Virus record (IMG/VR): IMGVR_UViG_3300044675_006580 | Length of the DNA: 64,000 bases | From: an uncultured virus (IMG/VR IMGVR_UViG_3300044675_006580) | Lineage: Duplodnaviria > Heunggongvirae > Uroviricota > Caudoviricetes | Reading direction: 5' to 3' (one strand) | In this document: piece after piece, positions 31,575 to 42,423 of the stretch | How positions within the stretch are numbered: the stretch's first letter is position 1 | How the letters are laid out: each line of letters begins with the position of its first letter | Made by a program: the position numbers and the translations under genes | Notes under the pieces: model-generated | Database searches by the model: none | Seen by the model: only the letters and a program-made list of their open reading frames with translations | What the model was told of the DNA's origin: nothing

Positions 31575-31838
31575 CTATTTATTCTCTACAACTGCATCTT
31601 CTAATGGGGAAACTATAATTGTCTCTCCATCTGAGGTAACTCCAAACATGCATCCTACGTTGTTGCCTTCAGGATCAGATGACGCATAGATAATGCTATC
31701 ATCGTCAAATACAATAGCAACAGGGTATCCACCATAATAGTGCTCCCAGCCTTCAGCCTTAAGCTCTTCTTTGGTAAGCATTCTTACGTCTTTTACGGTA
31801 AGTCCTACGGGATACGCTACTTTGTCTGAATTAGTCAT
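31575..31838 (-). CDS. Hypothetical protein
   Basis: VRMLTKEEL...EGW...SSDPEGN pattern. Confidence 0.6.
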   Translation of the reverse strand: MTNSDKVAYPVGLTVKDVRMLTKEELKAEGWEHYYGGYPVAIVFDDDSIIYASSDPEGNNVGCMFGVTSDGETIIVSPLEDAVVENK

Positions 31839-32018
31839 TTTGTTCCTCTTGTTTTACTATACATCTGTTGCAATACCAAATTCGGTATACTTTTACCATT
31901 GTTATGAGTTCTGCATATTCTCCAGAACCTTCTATAAAGGGTTCTTTGCAGTCGTTACAGTGATCATTGTGCACTTCTTCTAATGCCCGATTCATGGCAT
32001 TGCGCATCTCTATATGAT

Positions 32019-32486
32019 CTACCATGTGTTATTTTTTTTCCAGATTTCTGGAGAAGGATTATTATAAGATTCCTTGCGAGCAATAATTAACTGCTTAAGT
32101 GCTGTGTGCAATACAGGCCATTTAGTAGATAGCTCTCTCATGATGTGGTCATGGTGATCTGGATGATTACCTTTATCAGTCAATGCGCTATATACGGCAT
32201 CAAGTGCTAACTTTTCGTCTTTATGAATATGAGCTATCTTAGGAGATTGCTGATTTTTTTCATATTTTTCTATAGCTTCTTTTGCTTGTGCGTAATTTTT
32301 ACCTTGATAAACAGATGTAATCTTTACATTCTTGGGAACAGCACTTCCAGAAGATGTAGTAAAAGTACTTGAAACTGGAAAGGTAGTAACCTGTTCCTTA
32401 GGAGGCGTTAAAGCCTTAGCAAGATTATTTATTGCAAGCGCAATCGTGTTCAAAGCTCTAGCTATTGATCTCATTGAATTCTCCAT
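32019..32486 (-). CDS. Hypothetical protein
   Basis: ORF in a run of coupled small - strand genes (31302-33634). Confidence 0.55.
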   Translation of the reverse strand: MENSMRSIARALNTIALAINNLAKALTPPKEQVTTFPVSSTFTTSSGSAVPKNVKITSVYQGKNYAQAKEAIEKYEKNQQSPKIAHIHKDEKLALDAVYSALTDKGNHPDHHDHIMRELSTKWPVLHTALKQLIIARKESYNNPSPEIWKKNNTW

Positions 32487-33652
32487 TCTGTATTCTTTGT
32501 TTAAATTTTATTCCCCAATTATACCATTGACAGTCGGGACAAGAAGGGTCGCAATCATGAATAGTAGGACCCAAGATTGTAGCTTGAGCAGCTTCCATTT
32601 CAACGTAAGGATAAAACTCTTTAGCAAGTTTTTTGTATCTATTACGCTCATGCGTTAAGTCTTCAATTTGAATAATCATTGCTTTCCAGTCGTCACGAAA
32701 TCTGTCACGATCTTCAATTAATTTTTCAATATCTATTTCTTCAGACATCTGCTTGGTCCTTGTCTATGTCATCCCAAGTAAGATTAACATACGTTGGTTT
32801 TTTGTGGCAAATTCCACATGAACCCCATGTACCGTTTGCCCAGTGAAGTTTCCAGTAACGACAGCATTGAACTACAATTTCAGGACCCCAATTAGAAGAT
32901 AGTTTTTTTCGAGACTCTGTCATAGTCTTTCAATCTGATTCATAATTACCAGAGTCTTGATTGTTATCTAAATTTGCCAAAATATAGTCAAGTTGTTCAG
33001 GAGTAAGAGTTTTGGAATATTCACTAGCAGAATAAAGCCATTCACCATCTTCACGCATTGATACATCCATTAGGCCAGCTTTAAACATTAAGAATAAATC
33101 ATTCTCTATAGAGGTTTTGTCTGGATCACTCATGTTTAGCTCCTGGGCAGTTTTCTATAAGGACATGCATATAGTTAATATGATCTACTAACATTTTTAT
33201 AGCTTCTCCAGTAACAAGATAATCTGCATCTAAACCATGAGATAAGTCAAGGTTCCAGTTTTCATCTATGATACAGGTAGGTTCAAGGTCGTTAATGTTC
33301 ATAGGGAAGAGTCATTAAAAAGAGAAGGCTGAGGAAAGGGTATTTTGGGAAAGGGAATTTTTCCTTGAGGATCATAAACATCATCTAAATCATGAGTAAT
33401 AATATCACCTTTAAGATTTTCAATAACAGATTTAATTAAAATCTTTGAAGCTAATTCATTCATAGCTTGACTAAGACATTCTTGTAGAAAAGTTTTTTCA
33501 GATTCAGAAAGATCTTTTAACTTTCCTTTTTTCTGAAAATCATCTATAGCAGTTTTGATTCTAGAATCTTGTTCAGAAATTTCTTTTACGGGAGCAGTGT
33601 AAGATTTTGGCATAAGCCAAGATGCAGTGATCATAGAACTCCTTAAATTAAA

Positions 33653-34267
33653 TTATTTTTCTTCTTCTTGTATGAAAGTGACGAATGGTCCACCAGTATA
33701 TGGATCAAAAGTGGAAGCAATTTTTAAAGCTTTTAATGTCATAGTCTTTGCTTGAGTAGGCTTTATCTCTGACTTATTAGACATAATGGCACTCATTGCC
33801 CCAAGAGCATAAGAGGATCCAGTGCCAAGAGCATATACTCTACTGTTGTCTGAGGTCCAAGAGTAGTCTCCATCAACAACATAAATGCAGCCATCTATTA
33901 CAACAAGAATAGTAGAAGCATGTTCTGCTATGTGAGAAGATGTGTCTGTTTCTGGAGCTGCATAGCCTTGATTCTCAAAACAAACACGCAAAGCAGGTAC
34001 AAATTTAGTAGTCATAAACTGATCTAACTTAGAACCTTTAGTTCCCGGTGGAGGAATAGGTGGTTGAAATGCATGATGAAGAATGTTAATTGCTCTCATG
34101 TCTCCAGCAGCACCCAACAAGTACTTTCCGTTCTTGGCAACCTTGCAAGATCCAGGGCCTAGTGTTGTAATCTGTGAGGCAAAACCGCCATCATCTATAG
34201 TAGAAATTCTAGAGTCTACAGAAACTGCTGCAAAACCATCTCCCTGAATCGCAATAATTGTAGTCAT
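33653..34267 (-). CDS. Ntn-hydrolase, proteasome beta / HslV-like protease
   Basis: N-terminal M-T-T nucleophile, DSR, K, GAAGD, ALGTGSSYALGA and DPYTGG. Confidence 0.8.
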   Translation of the reverse strand: MTTIIAIQGDGFAAVSVDSRISTIDDGGFASQITTLGPGSCKVAKNGKYLLGAAGDMRAINILHHAFQPPIPPPGTKGSKLDQFMTTKFVPALRVCFENQGYAAPETDTSSHIAEHASTILVVIDGCIYVVDGDYSWTSDNSRVYALGTGSSYALGAMSAIMSNKSEIKPTQAKTMTLKALKIASTFDPYTGGPFVTFIQEEEK

Positions 34268-34483
34268 CTAAAGCCCTTTACAGAATGAAATTATAAAATA
34301 TTATACCGTAAATAACAGAGGAATACAACTATTTATTAGGAGTATAGTAAAGAGAGCCAAATACTTTAAAAGCTATCTGAGAGACGTCTTTAGGTGTGGC
34401 AATTTGATTATAGCTACGATAGTGGGGATTATCGTAGTTATACTTATTGGTAGACTTTTTATTCTTTTTATTTCTTCTGGGCA

Positions 34484-34747
34484 TTAGACTTCCAAAAGAT
34501 CAGGAATAAAATAGCCAATGCGTTGGCCACTATACATATTTCTAATATTTGAGTTAAAGAATTTACCATGAGAATGTGCCTTTACTAAAGCAGAGTATAT
34601 TTCAAATGGAACTTCATTATATATCCAGATTGATCCTGTATTAAATGTAACCATTAGAACTTCAGCATCTTCATACCAAGAAACTTTAATAATAAAAGAG
34701 CTATCTAGTGGAGAGTTTGTGTATATAGGTTTCCGTTGAGTGGTCAT
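34484..34747 (-). CDS. KTSC domain protein
   Basis: SSFI...LMVTFNTGSIWIYNEVP...SHGKFFNSNIR. Confidence 0.8.
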   Translation of the reverse strand: MTTQRKPIYTNSPLDSSFIIKVSWYEDAEVLMVTFNTGSIWIYNEVPFEIYSALVKAHSHGKFFNSNIRNMYSGQRIGYFIPDLLEV

Positions 34748-35082
34748 TTAAAATCATCCTTAACATCGTATGCAACTAAATTGTCTTCAGTAACAACTTG
34801 ACCTTTATTATTTACGCCCCAAATAACGTCTTCTGTTCCACGAAGAGTTGGGGAACAAGTCATTAAAGGTTGTCCTTCATATTTGAGTTCACCAGTTTCA
34901 GGATCTATAATGTCAATTTCAGAATGAATAAGTTTTACTTTTTTAGTCTGCATTAAAGAAAGAACAGTAGCAACTGCCATAAAAAGCTCGTCCATATGAT
35001 AGCAATCGGTAACCTCTAGTGCAATGAAGACTTCTACTAGTTCCTTTTTGTCTACTGGTATAACTGGATGTTCTTTTGTCAT
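34744..35082 (-). CDS. Hypothetical protein
   Basis: 112-aa ORF. Confidence 0.55.
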   Translation of the reverse strand: MTKEHPVIPVDKKELVEVFIALEVTDCYHMDELFMAVATVLSLMQTKKVKLIHSEIDIIDPETGELKYEGQPLMTCSPTLRGTEDVIWGVNNKGQVVTEDNLVAYDVKDDFK

Positions 35083-35102
35083 ATTAATTCTTTCTACTTA
35101 AG

Positions 35103-35189
35103 CGGAACGAGGAGGATTTGAACCTCCGAGGGTTTTAACACCCTGACGGTTTAGCAAAACGTTGCTTTCGGCCACTCAGCCACCGTTCC
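35103..35189 (-). tRNA. tRNA-Ser(GCT)
   Basis: Cloverleaf with a long variable arm, anticodon loop TTGCTAA, T-loop TTCAAAT and G73. Confidence 0.9.
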
Positions 35190-35438
35190 GTAAACATACT
35201 AGCAGGTTAATAATTTGTCCATTTTCGAATTTGATTCATCAGTAATTGCTAGTATGTCGTTCCTTCTAGTCTCCGTGATATCTTCCTGGAGGATAAACAT
35301 CTTTAGGATTTGGTTTACCTGAGTTCATCATATCAACGATGAAATATACGGACTCTCTTACTCGTTCTGCAAAAGTAGTTTCTGGTTCTTCTATTTGTTC
35401 TATATTTTCTTCTGGGTTTTGATTTTCATTGTTCATAG

Positions 35439-35510
35439 TACCTCCACTAGGAATCGAACCTAGAACGAGAAATTAGAAGTTTCTTGTTATATCCATTTAA
35501 CTATAGAGGC
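35439..35510 (-). tRNA. tRNA-Arg(TCT)
   Basis: AGAAA-CTTCTAA-TTTCT anticodon arm and TTCGATT T-loop. Confidence 0.92.
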
Positions 35511-35522
35511 TAGAAGTCTTAT

Positions 35523-35966
35523 TTATCTAGATAGTATATCAGGGTATTGTTTTTCGTAAAAAGTATTTTCATCAACAAAAAGTTTAAGTTGAATAATTTT
35601 TGTTTCGTCTTTTACAAAATAAAAGAAACCATTCTGCCAATACAAACCTTGAACTAAATATCCAGAAATCTTCTTGTAGTGATTAATTAAGGTGTAAGAT
35701 CCATCATCTAGCATTCTATACTTAAATATACCTAGTGGAGTATTTGACCAATAAGATTCTTTTTCTAAAACACTATTAGGAAAGGGGATCTTTCCATGAA
35801 ACTGAGAGAAAAAATCTATTAATGCAGTTGCTTGTTCTACGCCTACTTCATCTGAATTATAAATAAACCACTTTTTATATCCTTGATAGAATTTTAAAAA
35901 ATGATATGATTCTTCTTCAGACATTGAAGGTTGAAATTTGTCAAAGTTTTCAATAGTTATCAGCAC
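35523..35966 (-). CDS. Hypothetical protein
   Basis: 147-aa ORF. Confidence 0.55.
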   Translation of the reverse strand: MLITIENFDKFQPSMSEEESYHFLKFYQGYKKWFIYNSDEVGVEQATALIDFFSQFHGKIPFPNSVLEKESYWSNTPLGIFKYRMLDDGSYTLINHYKKISGYLVQGLYWQNGFFYFVKDETKIIQLKLFVDENTFYEKQYPDILSR

Positions 35967-35993
35967 AAATACATCCTATCAATAAAAAGAATA

Positions 35994-36380
35994 CTAGTCA
36001 ATAGGAGTTTGAGAAATCATTATCTTAACGTACAATGATTTTTTTTCTATATTAGATAAAAACTTCAAAGCGGACATTCGCCACTTCTCTTGTTCCATAA
36101 GAAAATTGTTAATCTCTTCAAGTTCATTTGAATCTGAATTATTGAGATTACGAATCTGCATCTTAGTCTTTGCTTTTTGACAACTTAGTTGTAGCTCCAT
36201 ATCTCTGCGAAGAGCTTGAAGATTGTAGTTCCAGATTTGAAGATTATTATTTAAAATAGTTTTATCTTCTTCTGAAGCTTGTCCTTTTATGTCAGATATT
36301 ACAATATTTCTAAATGAATTCATTTCATCATCTGAAATATCTGCAATATATATATCTGACCAAATATCAGTCTGTGTCAT
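35994..36380 (-). CDS. Hypothetical helical protein
   Basis: 128-aa ORF. Confidence 0.6.
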   Translation of the reverse strand: MTQTDIWSDIYIADISDDEMNSFRNIVISDIKGQASEEDKTILNNNLQIWNYNLQALRRDMELQLSCQKAKTKMQIRNLNNSDSNELEEINNFLMEQEKWRMSALKFLSNIEKKSLYVKIMISQTPID

Positions 36381-37119
36381 TTTGTGCTGCCTTTTTATAA
36401 CAGAATTGGTACGCTTGTTTCATATCAGCCTGAAAAGACTGAATGGCCGAATCGCCGGCTTTTAATACATAGTTTAAGGAATATAGTGGTAGTATTGGCC
36501 AAGACCCAAGCCAAGTTATTTTATTCTTATAGTCTTTAATTTTAGCATCAATGCCTAAGAGAGCAGACAAAGTAGTAGCTCCAACAGTGCATATTAGCTT
36601 AGGGTTCATAATCTGTATCTCATTATGAAGGTAGTTAACGCAATTGTCTATGTATTGCTGTTGAATATCTTTAGTAGGACAACGCAATAAATAAGTAAGA
36701 CAAGCCTTATCTGAAGTAAATCCAGATTCTTTCAAAGTAGAAACAAACAAAGCAGAAGCTTGTTGATCCATAGAAGAAGATTCAACTATGAACAATATGT
36801 CTGGGTTATTAACATTCCATTTTGGTAGAAGAGGAGTTTGGGTAGCAAAAGCACACTTTCTACAATTATGAGTAACAGTGTGTAAATCAGTTATCTTCAA
36901 ATTGTTAGAAGAAGCTATTGAAGAAATACGCGCATCTTGAACTACTTGTAAAAAGGTAGCGTTTGGTATTTTAGAATCTAAAGCATTGAAAATGGAAGAC
37001 ACTACTTCAGACTCCATAAAGCCAAGTTGACCATAAGTACGATCAACTGGCTTTACGGTATCGTCTAAAGCTTCTTCTATTAGCTTATCTACAAAAGAAG
37101 AATCAAACTCAGAATTCAT
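36367..37119 (-). CDS. Uracil-DNA glycosylase family 4-like protein (degenerate motifs)
   Basis: CRKC, LLRCP and CVNYLHNEIQIMNPKLICTVGA. Confidence 0.7.
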   Translation of the reverse strand: MNSEFDSSFVDKLIEEALDDTVKPVDRTYGQLGFMESEVVSSIFNALDSKIPNATFLQVVQDARISSIASSNNLKITDLHTVTHNCRKCAFATQTPLLPKWNVNNPDILFIVESSSMDQQASALFVSTLKESGFTSDKACLTYLLRCPTKDIQQQYIDNCVNYLHNEIQIMNPKLICTVGATTLSALLGIDAKIKDYKNKITWLGSWPILPLYSLNYVLKAGDSAIQSFQADMKQAYQFCYKKAAQNDTD

Positions 37120-37543
37120 CCGGAACAGAGAAAGAAGATTCTGACTTAGATGCAGTTGTTGGAGCAGAAGAGTCGCCTGACTTCTGGAAAGAAGATCCAG
37201 CGTATGTCACAGCTTCAGCTACAATAACAACCTTAGAGCGGTTTCCGCCATCTTGCTGCCAACGCTCTTGAATCAAGCGTCCAACTATTTGAATCTGAGA
37301 TCCTTTTTTCATCTTTGATTCAGTAATCTGCTTGGACAAGAACATTGCATTTTTAGAAGAAAACTCAGAGCCGTCCTTAAGGTAGTAGACTACATCAAAG
37401 TAACCACTAGATGCTCCAGCTCCTTTTTCACTGCCAGCATAGTCTACAGCAATACGAAGCTTAGCTATGTTGCCGTTGGCTATCAGTTCAGGCTCAGCAA
37501 TAAGTCCTGCAGATAATATAATTGTATTACGTGGATCAATCAT
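37109..37543 (-). CDS. ssb: Single-stranded DNA-binding protein
   Basis: KKGSQIQIVGRLIQERWQ...RSKVVIVAE and an acidic C-terminal PDEF. Confidence 0.85.
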   Translation of the reverse strand: MIDPRNTIILSAGLIAEPELIANGNIAKLRIAVDYAGSEKGAGASSGYFDVVYYLKDGSEFSSKNAMFLSKQITESKMKKGSQIQIVGRLIQERWQQDGGNRSKVVIVAEAVTYAGSSFQKSGDSSAPTTASKSESSFSVPDEF

Positions 37544-37788
37544 TTTATTTTGTTACTTTCTATTCAGTTGTTTTTTTAAAGGTATTTGATATTTCATCCA
37601 AGAAGGATGTAGATATATTAACAGCTTCTACTGGACCATGTGTCACTATTAGGTGATCAATCATACTTAAGAATAGATTATATATTCCAGTCTTAAGGTC
37701 TGTTATGATATCAGTAGAAACGTAGTCACTTATCTCGTCGACCAAACCAGGGTCTTGAGTTTCTCGTTGCTCGTCAATATTAAATAAG

Positions 37789-38103
37789 TTATCTTTTGAC
37801 ATTTGAATTTACCCTACTCGACAAAGCGTCGTCTATAATTTCTGCTAAAAACTTTGAGTCTTTATAACCTTTGTCATACAATACAGATATGAGAGGTTTC
37901 GGATCAATATGATCGTATGTCAATAGTTGAAGATTTAAAAGATCATTAATTGTATAAATTCTATAATTATTTAAATCTCTTTTTGGTTGTGGATATTTCT
38001 TATTCTTTTCCCTATTAGCAATAGTTAAAGTAGAAATGTTTAGTATCTTAGCAACCTCTGATCTATTAAATACAGGTTGAGAAGATTTGAGGTTTTTAGC
38101 CAT
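37789..38103 (-). CDS. MerR-family HTH protein
   Basis: SEVAKILNISTLTIANRE...RDLNNYRIYTINDL. Confidence 0.8.
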   Translation of the reverse strand: MAKNLKSSQPVFNRSEVAKILNISTLTIANREKNKKYPQPKRDLNNYRIYTINDLLNLQLLTYDHIDPKPLISVLYDKGYKDSKFLAEIIDDALSSRVNSNVKR

Positions 38104-38161
38104 TTTAAATACCTTTTTTAAAGTTTATATAAGTATATATTACCAAAATGGAGAAGAAATA

Positions 38162-39439
38162 TCAAGTAGGAAAGTGAGAATCTAGAAGATTATCAATATG
38201 ATAATTAAGAGCAGAAGGAGCAATAGGAGATTGAGCAACTCTATTTGTTCTTAAAAATTCAATAGATTTAGAAATAGCTAAGTCTAAACTCTTTTCAGTA
38301 TTTCTAGACTTATCAATAATATATCTTTTAAAAGCAGACGAACGGTAAAGATTATCTCTAGTGAATGAAGAATCTTCAGGCTCACAATCGCAACCGTCGC
38401 AGCATGAGCAGTCAGGATCATTGCATTCACAATCGCACCCGCTATCACAATGATAATCATACTCTGAATCTTCAGCTACAGTTATATTATTGTCTTGAAT
38501 ATATTGATCAAAGAACTCATCTCGCATATTAGTGTAATCAAATTCTTGAAACATAAAATCAGAAATGCTGTAATTAGTCCAATTGATAGAAGAAACATGC
38601 TCTAAAGGAACCTGTTCCCAAGCAGACAAGAGAGCTCCAGAATGACGTTTATGTAAGCTTGATCCTATCTGATTAATGGGATGATCTTTTAAGAATTGAT
38701 ATGAAACTTTAGAAGCATCGGTCTTGAGGTATTGTTCAAACTGTTCATACTTATTAGTGTAAATCATCTCTGCTAAGTTCTCGGTTATATCAAAGTTAAA
38801 TCCACTATTCCAAACCCAGTCATAAGCAGAAGCCATAACTCCAGAAATACTTCTTGGATACTTTTCAATATCATCAATACTCTCAAAGAAAGGTCTACAA
38901 AGTGCACCACTACCAAAGAAGTTAAAGATTGGAGGAGCATAAACTGTTTGGTTTTTGTCAAACAAAGAAGTCTTAGTAAAGTACATTCTTACAGAAGTTA
39001 AACGCATATCTTTTGGATTGTACATTGCAATATAAACTTGCCAAGGAATAGGTAGATAATATTCAACTTGAGGAGTATCTTCGTCAATACTGTCTTTGCC
39101 GTCTTGACTTACGTTAATAACCTTATAGGAAGGAGGACGTTCAAATACGACTAGACCATGAGACAAGTATCGAACTCCAGGAAAAAATATGTCTTCTTGA
39201 GAACTGACATCTTGGCATGATATGTAAGAATTCAAGAAATTAAGATAATTAGAATAATCATATTCGCCAGCTTGAACAGTACTTCCAATAATCTTTTTAT
39301 ATTTAATAGTAGATTTAGGAATCTTGTCACCACGAACAGGCCAAACATTAGAATCATGAGGAGGATTAACGCACTCAATAAAGTTTGGTTTTTCAGAATC
39401 AGAAAGATCGTTAAAAATAAAATCAGTTGGCGTTAACAT
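38162..39439 (-). CDS. Prokaryotic E2-like (Prok-E2 family D-like) protein with Cys/Asp-rich segment
   Basis: ERPP, LPIPWQVY, PPIFNFFGSGALC and WNSGFNFD; the segment CDSGCDCECNDPDCSCCDGCDC. Confidence 0.55.
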   Translation of the reverse strand: MLTPTDFIFNDLSDSEKPNFIECVNPPHDSNVWPVRGDKIPKSTIKYKKIIGSTVQAGEYDYSNYLNFLNSYISCQDVSSQEDIFFPGVRYLSHGLVVFERPPSYKVINVSQDGKDSIDEDTPQVEYYLPIPWQVYIAMYNPKDMRLTSVRMYFTKTSLFDKNQTVYAPPIFNFFGSGALCRPFFESIDDIEKYPRSISGVMASAYDWVWNSGFNFDITENLAEMIYTNKYEQFEQYLKTDASKVSYQFLKDHPINQIGSSLHKRHSGALLSAWEQVPLEHVSSINWTNYSISDFMFQEFDYTNMRDEFFDQYIQDNNITVAEDSEYDYHCDSGCDCECNDPDCSCCDGCDCEPEDSSFTRDNLYRSSAFKRYIIDKSRNTEKSLDLAISKSIEFLRTNRVAQSPIAPSALNYHIDNLLDSHFPT

Positions 39440-40607
39440 CAGAATGCCTATCGTTAAGTACAATGTATGGTTCGATTAAAGAATAATCTAAAGTAATATT
39501 ATGATTAAAAGTAGTGTCATCTTTCTTAGAAAAATGATTTAAATAAACTTGAGAGATGATAAAAGGATTATCTATATGAGCACGAAGGTTAAAGTCATCG
39601 CTATTAGGATAGTTAGTTATAGTGACATTAGTTCTTATGCTTGAAAAGCTCTTGGAATCATTCTTAGAACCATAAGATTCTAACAATCCAGGAACCTGTC
39701 TCATATAATAATAAGAATTGCTATGAAGAAAATCCTCTACTGGCAAAGAAAAAGGCTTAGAATGCTTGATAATATTCTGCACCTCGTAACGATAGCCTGT
39801 ATCGCCATATCTTTTAGCAGCAAGGTTTTTAAGGTGAGAAACAAAACCTAAAGTAGTATTTAAATCTAATTTAGACATTAGATAAATAAAGTTCTTATGA
39901 GTTTCTGTATTGGTAAAACGATATCCGTTTGTATCAATAAATCTTTCAAGATTACTAGGAGCATTTTTAGTAGAAACTAAATCGTCCTTAATATCATCAA
40001 AGTAATCCAGGCCTTGAACTTGAATTCCAAGATCTGAATTCCAACCAGCAAAATAAGAATTAAAGTAGAAATTATAAAGATCAAGTATAGAAGAGTCAGG
40101 AGTAAGACCTACAGAATGAGGGCTATCTTGACCCATGCAAACAGCCCCACTTGAACAGTTAGGAAAATAGCAAGGGATTAGATAGTCTGAAACAGAATCT
40201 ATAGACTTATCATTAAAGTATAATTCAAATTGAATACCGTGATTTGTAACGCTAATCTTAGATACACTCCAAGGGACCCAAACATAAGCGTCGTTTAAAG
40301 CTTTAACAGTTTTTCTATGCTTGTAAGATTTAGAAACAGAAAAATCTACAGGGATTTGAAAAGGAGGACGCTCAATTATATAGCACGTAGAATCAGAAGA
40401 AACATGTCGAACAGCCATAGGAAGAAGAGAGTAGTCTTTATCCAAAACAAGTAAAGAATTAGACTTGTTAGCAATAGCAGCATTAAGGTTGTAAAGAGAT
40501 GTAGAGTATTGGTGGATTACGTTATCCATTACATTGGTGCTACTAACGTAATTCAAATTAAATAAATAAGGATTATTATAAAGAGAGTAGTTAAAATAGC
40601 GGATCAT
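39423..40607 (-). CDS. Prokaryotic E2-like protein (paralog)
   Basis: ERPP, WVPW, YFPNCSSGAVCMG and FAGWNSDL. Confidence 0.55.
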   Translation of the reverse strand: MIRYFNYSLYNNPYLFNLNYVSSTNVMDNVIHQYSTSLYNLNAAIANKSNSLLVLDKDYSLLPMAVRHVSSDSTCYIIERPPFQIPVDFSVSKSYKHRKTVKALNDAYVWVPWSVSKISVTNHGIQFELYFNDKSIDSVSDYLIPCYFPNCSSGAVCMGQDSPHSVGLTPDSSILDLYNFYFNSYFAGWNSDLGIQVQGLDYFDDIKDDLVSTKNAPSNLERFIDTNGYRFTNTETHKNFIYLMSKLDLNTTLGFVSHLKNLAAKRYGDTGYRYEVQNIIKHSKPFSLPVEDFLHSNSYYYMRQVPGLLESYGSKNDSKSFSSIRTNVTITNYPNSDDFNLRAHIDNPFIISQVYLNHFSKKDDTTFNHNITLDYSLIEPYIVLNDRHSDVNAN

Positions 40608-40608
40608 G

Positions 40609-41142
40609 TTATGGTACCAACGTCTTAATAAAAGATACTGGAACAGCAGAAGGTTGATCTTCGCTATCGATTTCTTGATCTTGATACTTAATCATCATCT
40701 CATCAAGAAGAGCATAGTAAAATACGATAACTTCTTGATCTAAAGAGTTATTAGCAAGTTCCAAATCAACATAATCAAATGTATTATAAACATTTGAAAA
40801 CTGATCATAAATCTTATATGAATAAGAAGATGTTTTAGTCTTGAATCGAGAAAGATAAAACACAGTTGAATTTTCAGAAACAGACTTTTTTAAAATAGTA
40901 AAATCTGGATAATAAATAACACAAGTATTTTGACGTGTAGGAAACTCACAACGCATGTGTTGATTTCCAGGTTCAGGAGCCCGCTGTGAAGAAGAGCAAG
41001 AATTTACTCCACCAGTGTTAGCGAACTTATAATCTTTACTAGCATTTAACATTGATGCAGAAGTAAAGTAAGCGCAAGATGCACGGGAGAATGTTGCAAT
41101 AGACAGAGCAATCTCTTTATCGTTTAGTGTATTTTCATTCAT
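40609..41142 (-). CDS. Hypothetical protein
   Basis: 177-aa ORF. Confidence 0.55.
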   Translation of the reverse strand: MNENTLNDKEIALSIATFSRASCAYFTSASMLNASKDYKFANTGGVNSCSSSQRAPEPGNQHMRCEFPTRQNTCVIYYPDFTILKKSVSENSTVFYLSRFKTKTSSYSYKIYDQFSNVYNTFDYVDLELANNSLDQEVIVFYYALLDEMMIKYQDQEIDSEDQPSAVPVSFIKTLVP

Positions 41143-41148
41143 TATATG

Positions 41149-41817
41149 TTATCTCCAGGTCATCTGTGAAGTGACGTAGTTTTTATCTTCAAGTTGTTTT
41201 ATTATAGTGTAAAGTTCAAGTATTTGTTGGTCACGTTTTTCAACTATAGATGCTAAAAAAGCGTTATCGTTTTGAATAAGTGAGTAGTTAGAAAGTAAAG
41301 AATTAAAAGAATTTAAATAGTTTTCACTAGAAAGATCAGCAAAAACTTCTGTAGGTAAAAACAATTCTTTAGAAAATACAGAAGAAGAAATCAAAATAGC
41401 AGAGCTTTGACCCGGCCCAATTGTCCTTATTAAGTTGTTAGCAATCAAGTAAGAAAAGATAGCTGAATAAGCACTGGGAGTATATTCAGTAAAGAACTCA
41501 TTCCTAAAAGAAATCTTAGAACCAACATATATATAAACATGTTCGTCCATGCCTTCGGCAATAGAAATAGCATACTCTTTAGCAAGAGCTATATCAGAAG
41601 AGCTAAGAGAAGAAAGAGCTGATTGTATAAATGAAACAGAAAAATAATTTATAGGTATTTCACTTACAAAAGCCCGCAAAGCAGGGTATTGTTTTGTGCG
41701 AAGATAATGGCCAAACAATGGATTAAGCAAGTAAAGCTTGTCGCTCATATTTTCAAATGCTTGAACAATATTTTTGTTAAAAGCTTGTGGCTCAGATATA
41801 TCAGATAAAAGTATCAT
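41149..41817 (-). CDS. Hypothetical protein
   Basis: 222-aa ORF. Confidence 0.6.
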   Translation of the reverse strand: MILLSDISEPQAFNKNIVQAFENMSDKLYLLNPLFGHYLRTKQYPALRAFVSEIPINYFSVSFIQSALSSLSSSDIALAKEYAISIAEGMDEHVYIYVGSKISFRNEFFTEYTPSAYSAIFSYLIANNLIRTIGPGQSSAILISSSVFSKELFLPTEVFADLSSENYLNSFNSLLSNYSLIQNDNAFLASIVEKRDQQILELYTIIKQLEDKNYVTSQMTWR

Positions 41818-42018
41818 TAGTTCTCCGTTAAAAGTGATTCAAAAGAAATAACCTTAGTTCTGAGAGATTCAGAAATAGGCAAACAAGAAATATGCAAAGA
41901 GATTATCTCTGGATAAACTTGTTTAGCTATAGGGTATATCTTAGAAAGATAATAAGTATTATTAATTAAAGCGTAATGCTCAGGGTCTACAATAAGTAGG
42001 GAAGAATTATTTACAGGT

Positions 42019-42423
42019 TCACTCAGATAACTTTTGATCAACCACGTTTTTAATGGTTGAGGCAAGTTGTGGATCTTCTCCAGCCAATACATCTTCAGCA
42101 CCTTCTTTTAGTAAATTTAAGAACTGCTTACGGGAATCAGCAAGATTTTCTCTGAACAATTTTTCTTTTTCAGGACTATCAGTAAAGATAGTTAAGAGAA
42201 GGTTTTCTATGACAGAAGCTTGTTCGGCATAACCTGCAAATATTAAAGCAAATTGTTCTTCTAGTTTTTCTATTCTTTTATCTTTTTCTACAAGACGCTT
42301 ATCAACTTCATTTGAAAGAGCTATGATAAGAGTCTGAACTTGTGACTTAAACATGTCAAAGTCAGTTATGTCTCCAAATAGAAATAGATCGTCTGGATTA
42401 GGCTGGTCATTTATCTCGGTCAT
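42019..42423 (-). CDS. Hypothetical coiled-coil protein
   Basis: 134-aa ORF. Confidence 0.6.
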   Translation of the reverse strand: MTEINDQPNPDDLFLFGDITDFDMFKSQVQTLIIALSNEVDKRLVEKDKRIEKLEEQFALIFAGYAEQASVIENLLLTIFTDSPEKEKLFRENLADSRKQFLNLLKEGAEDVLAGEDPQLASTIKNVVDQKLSE

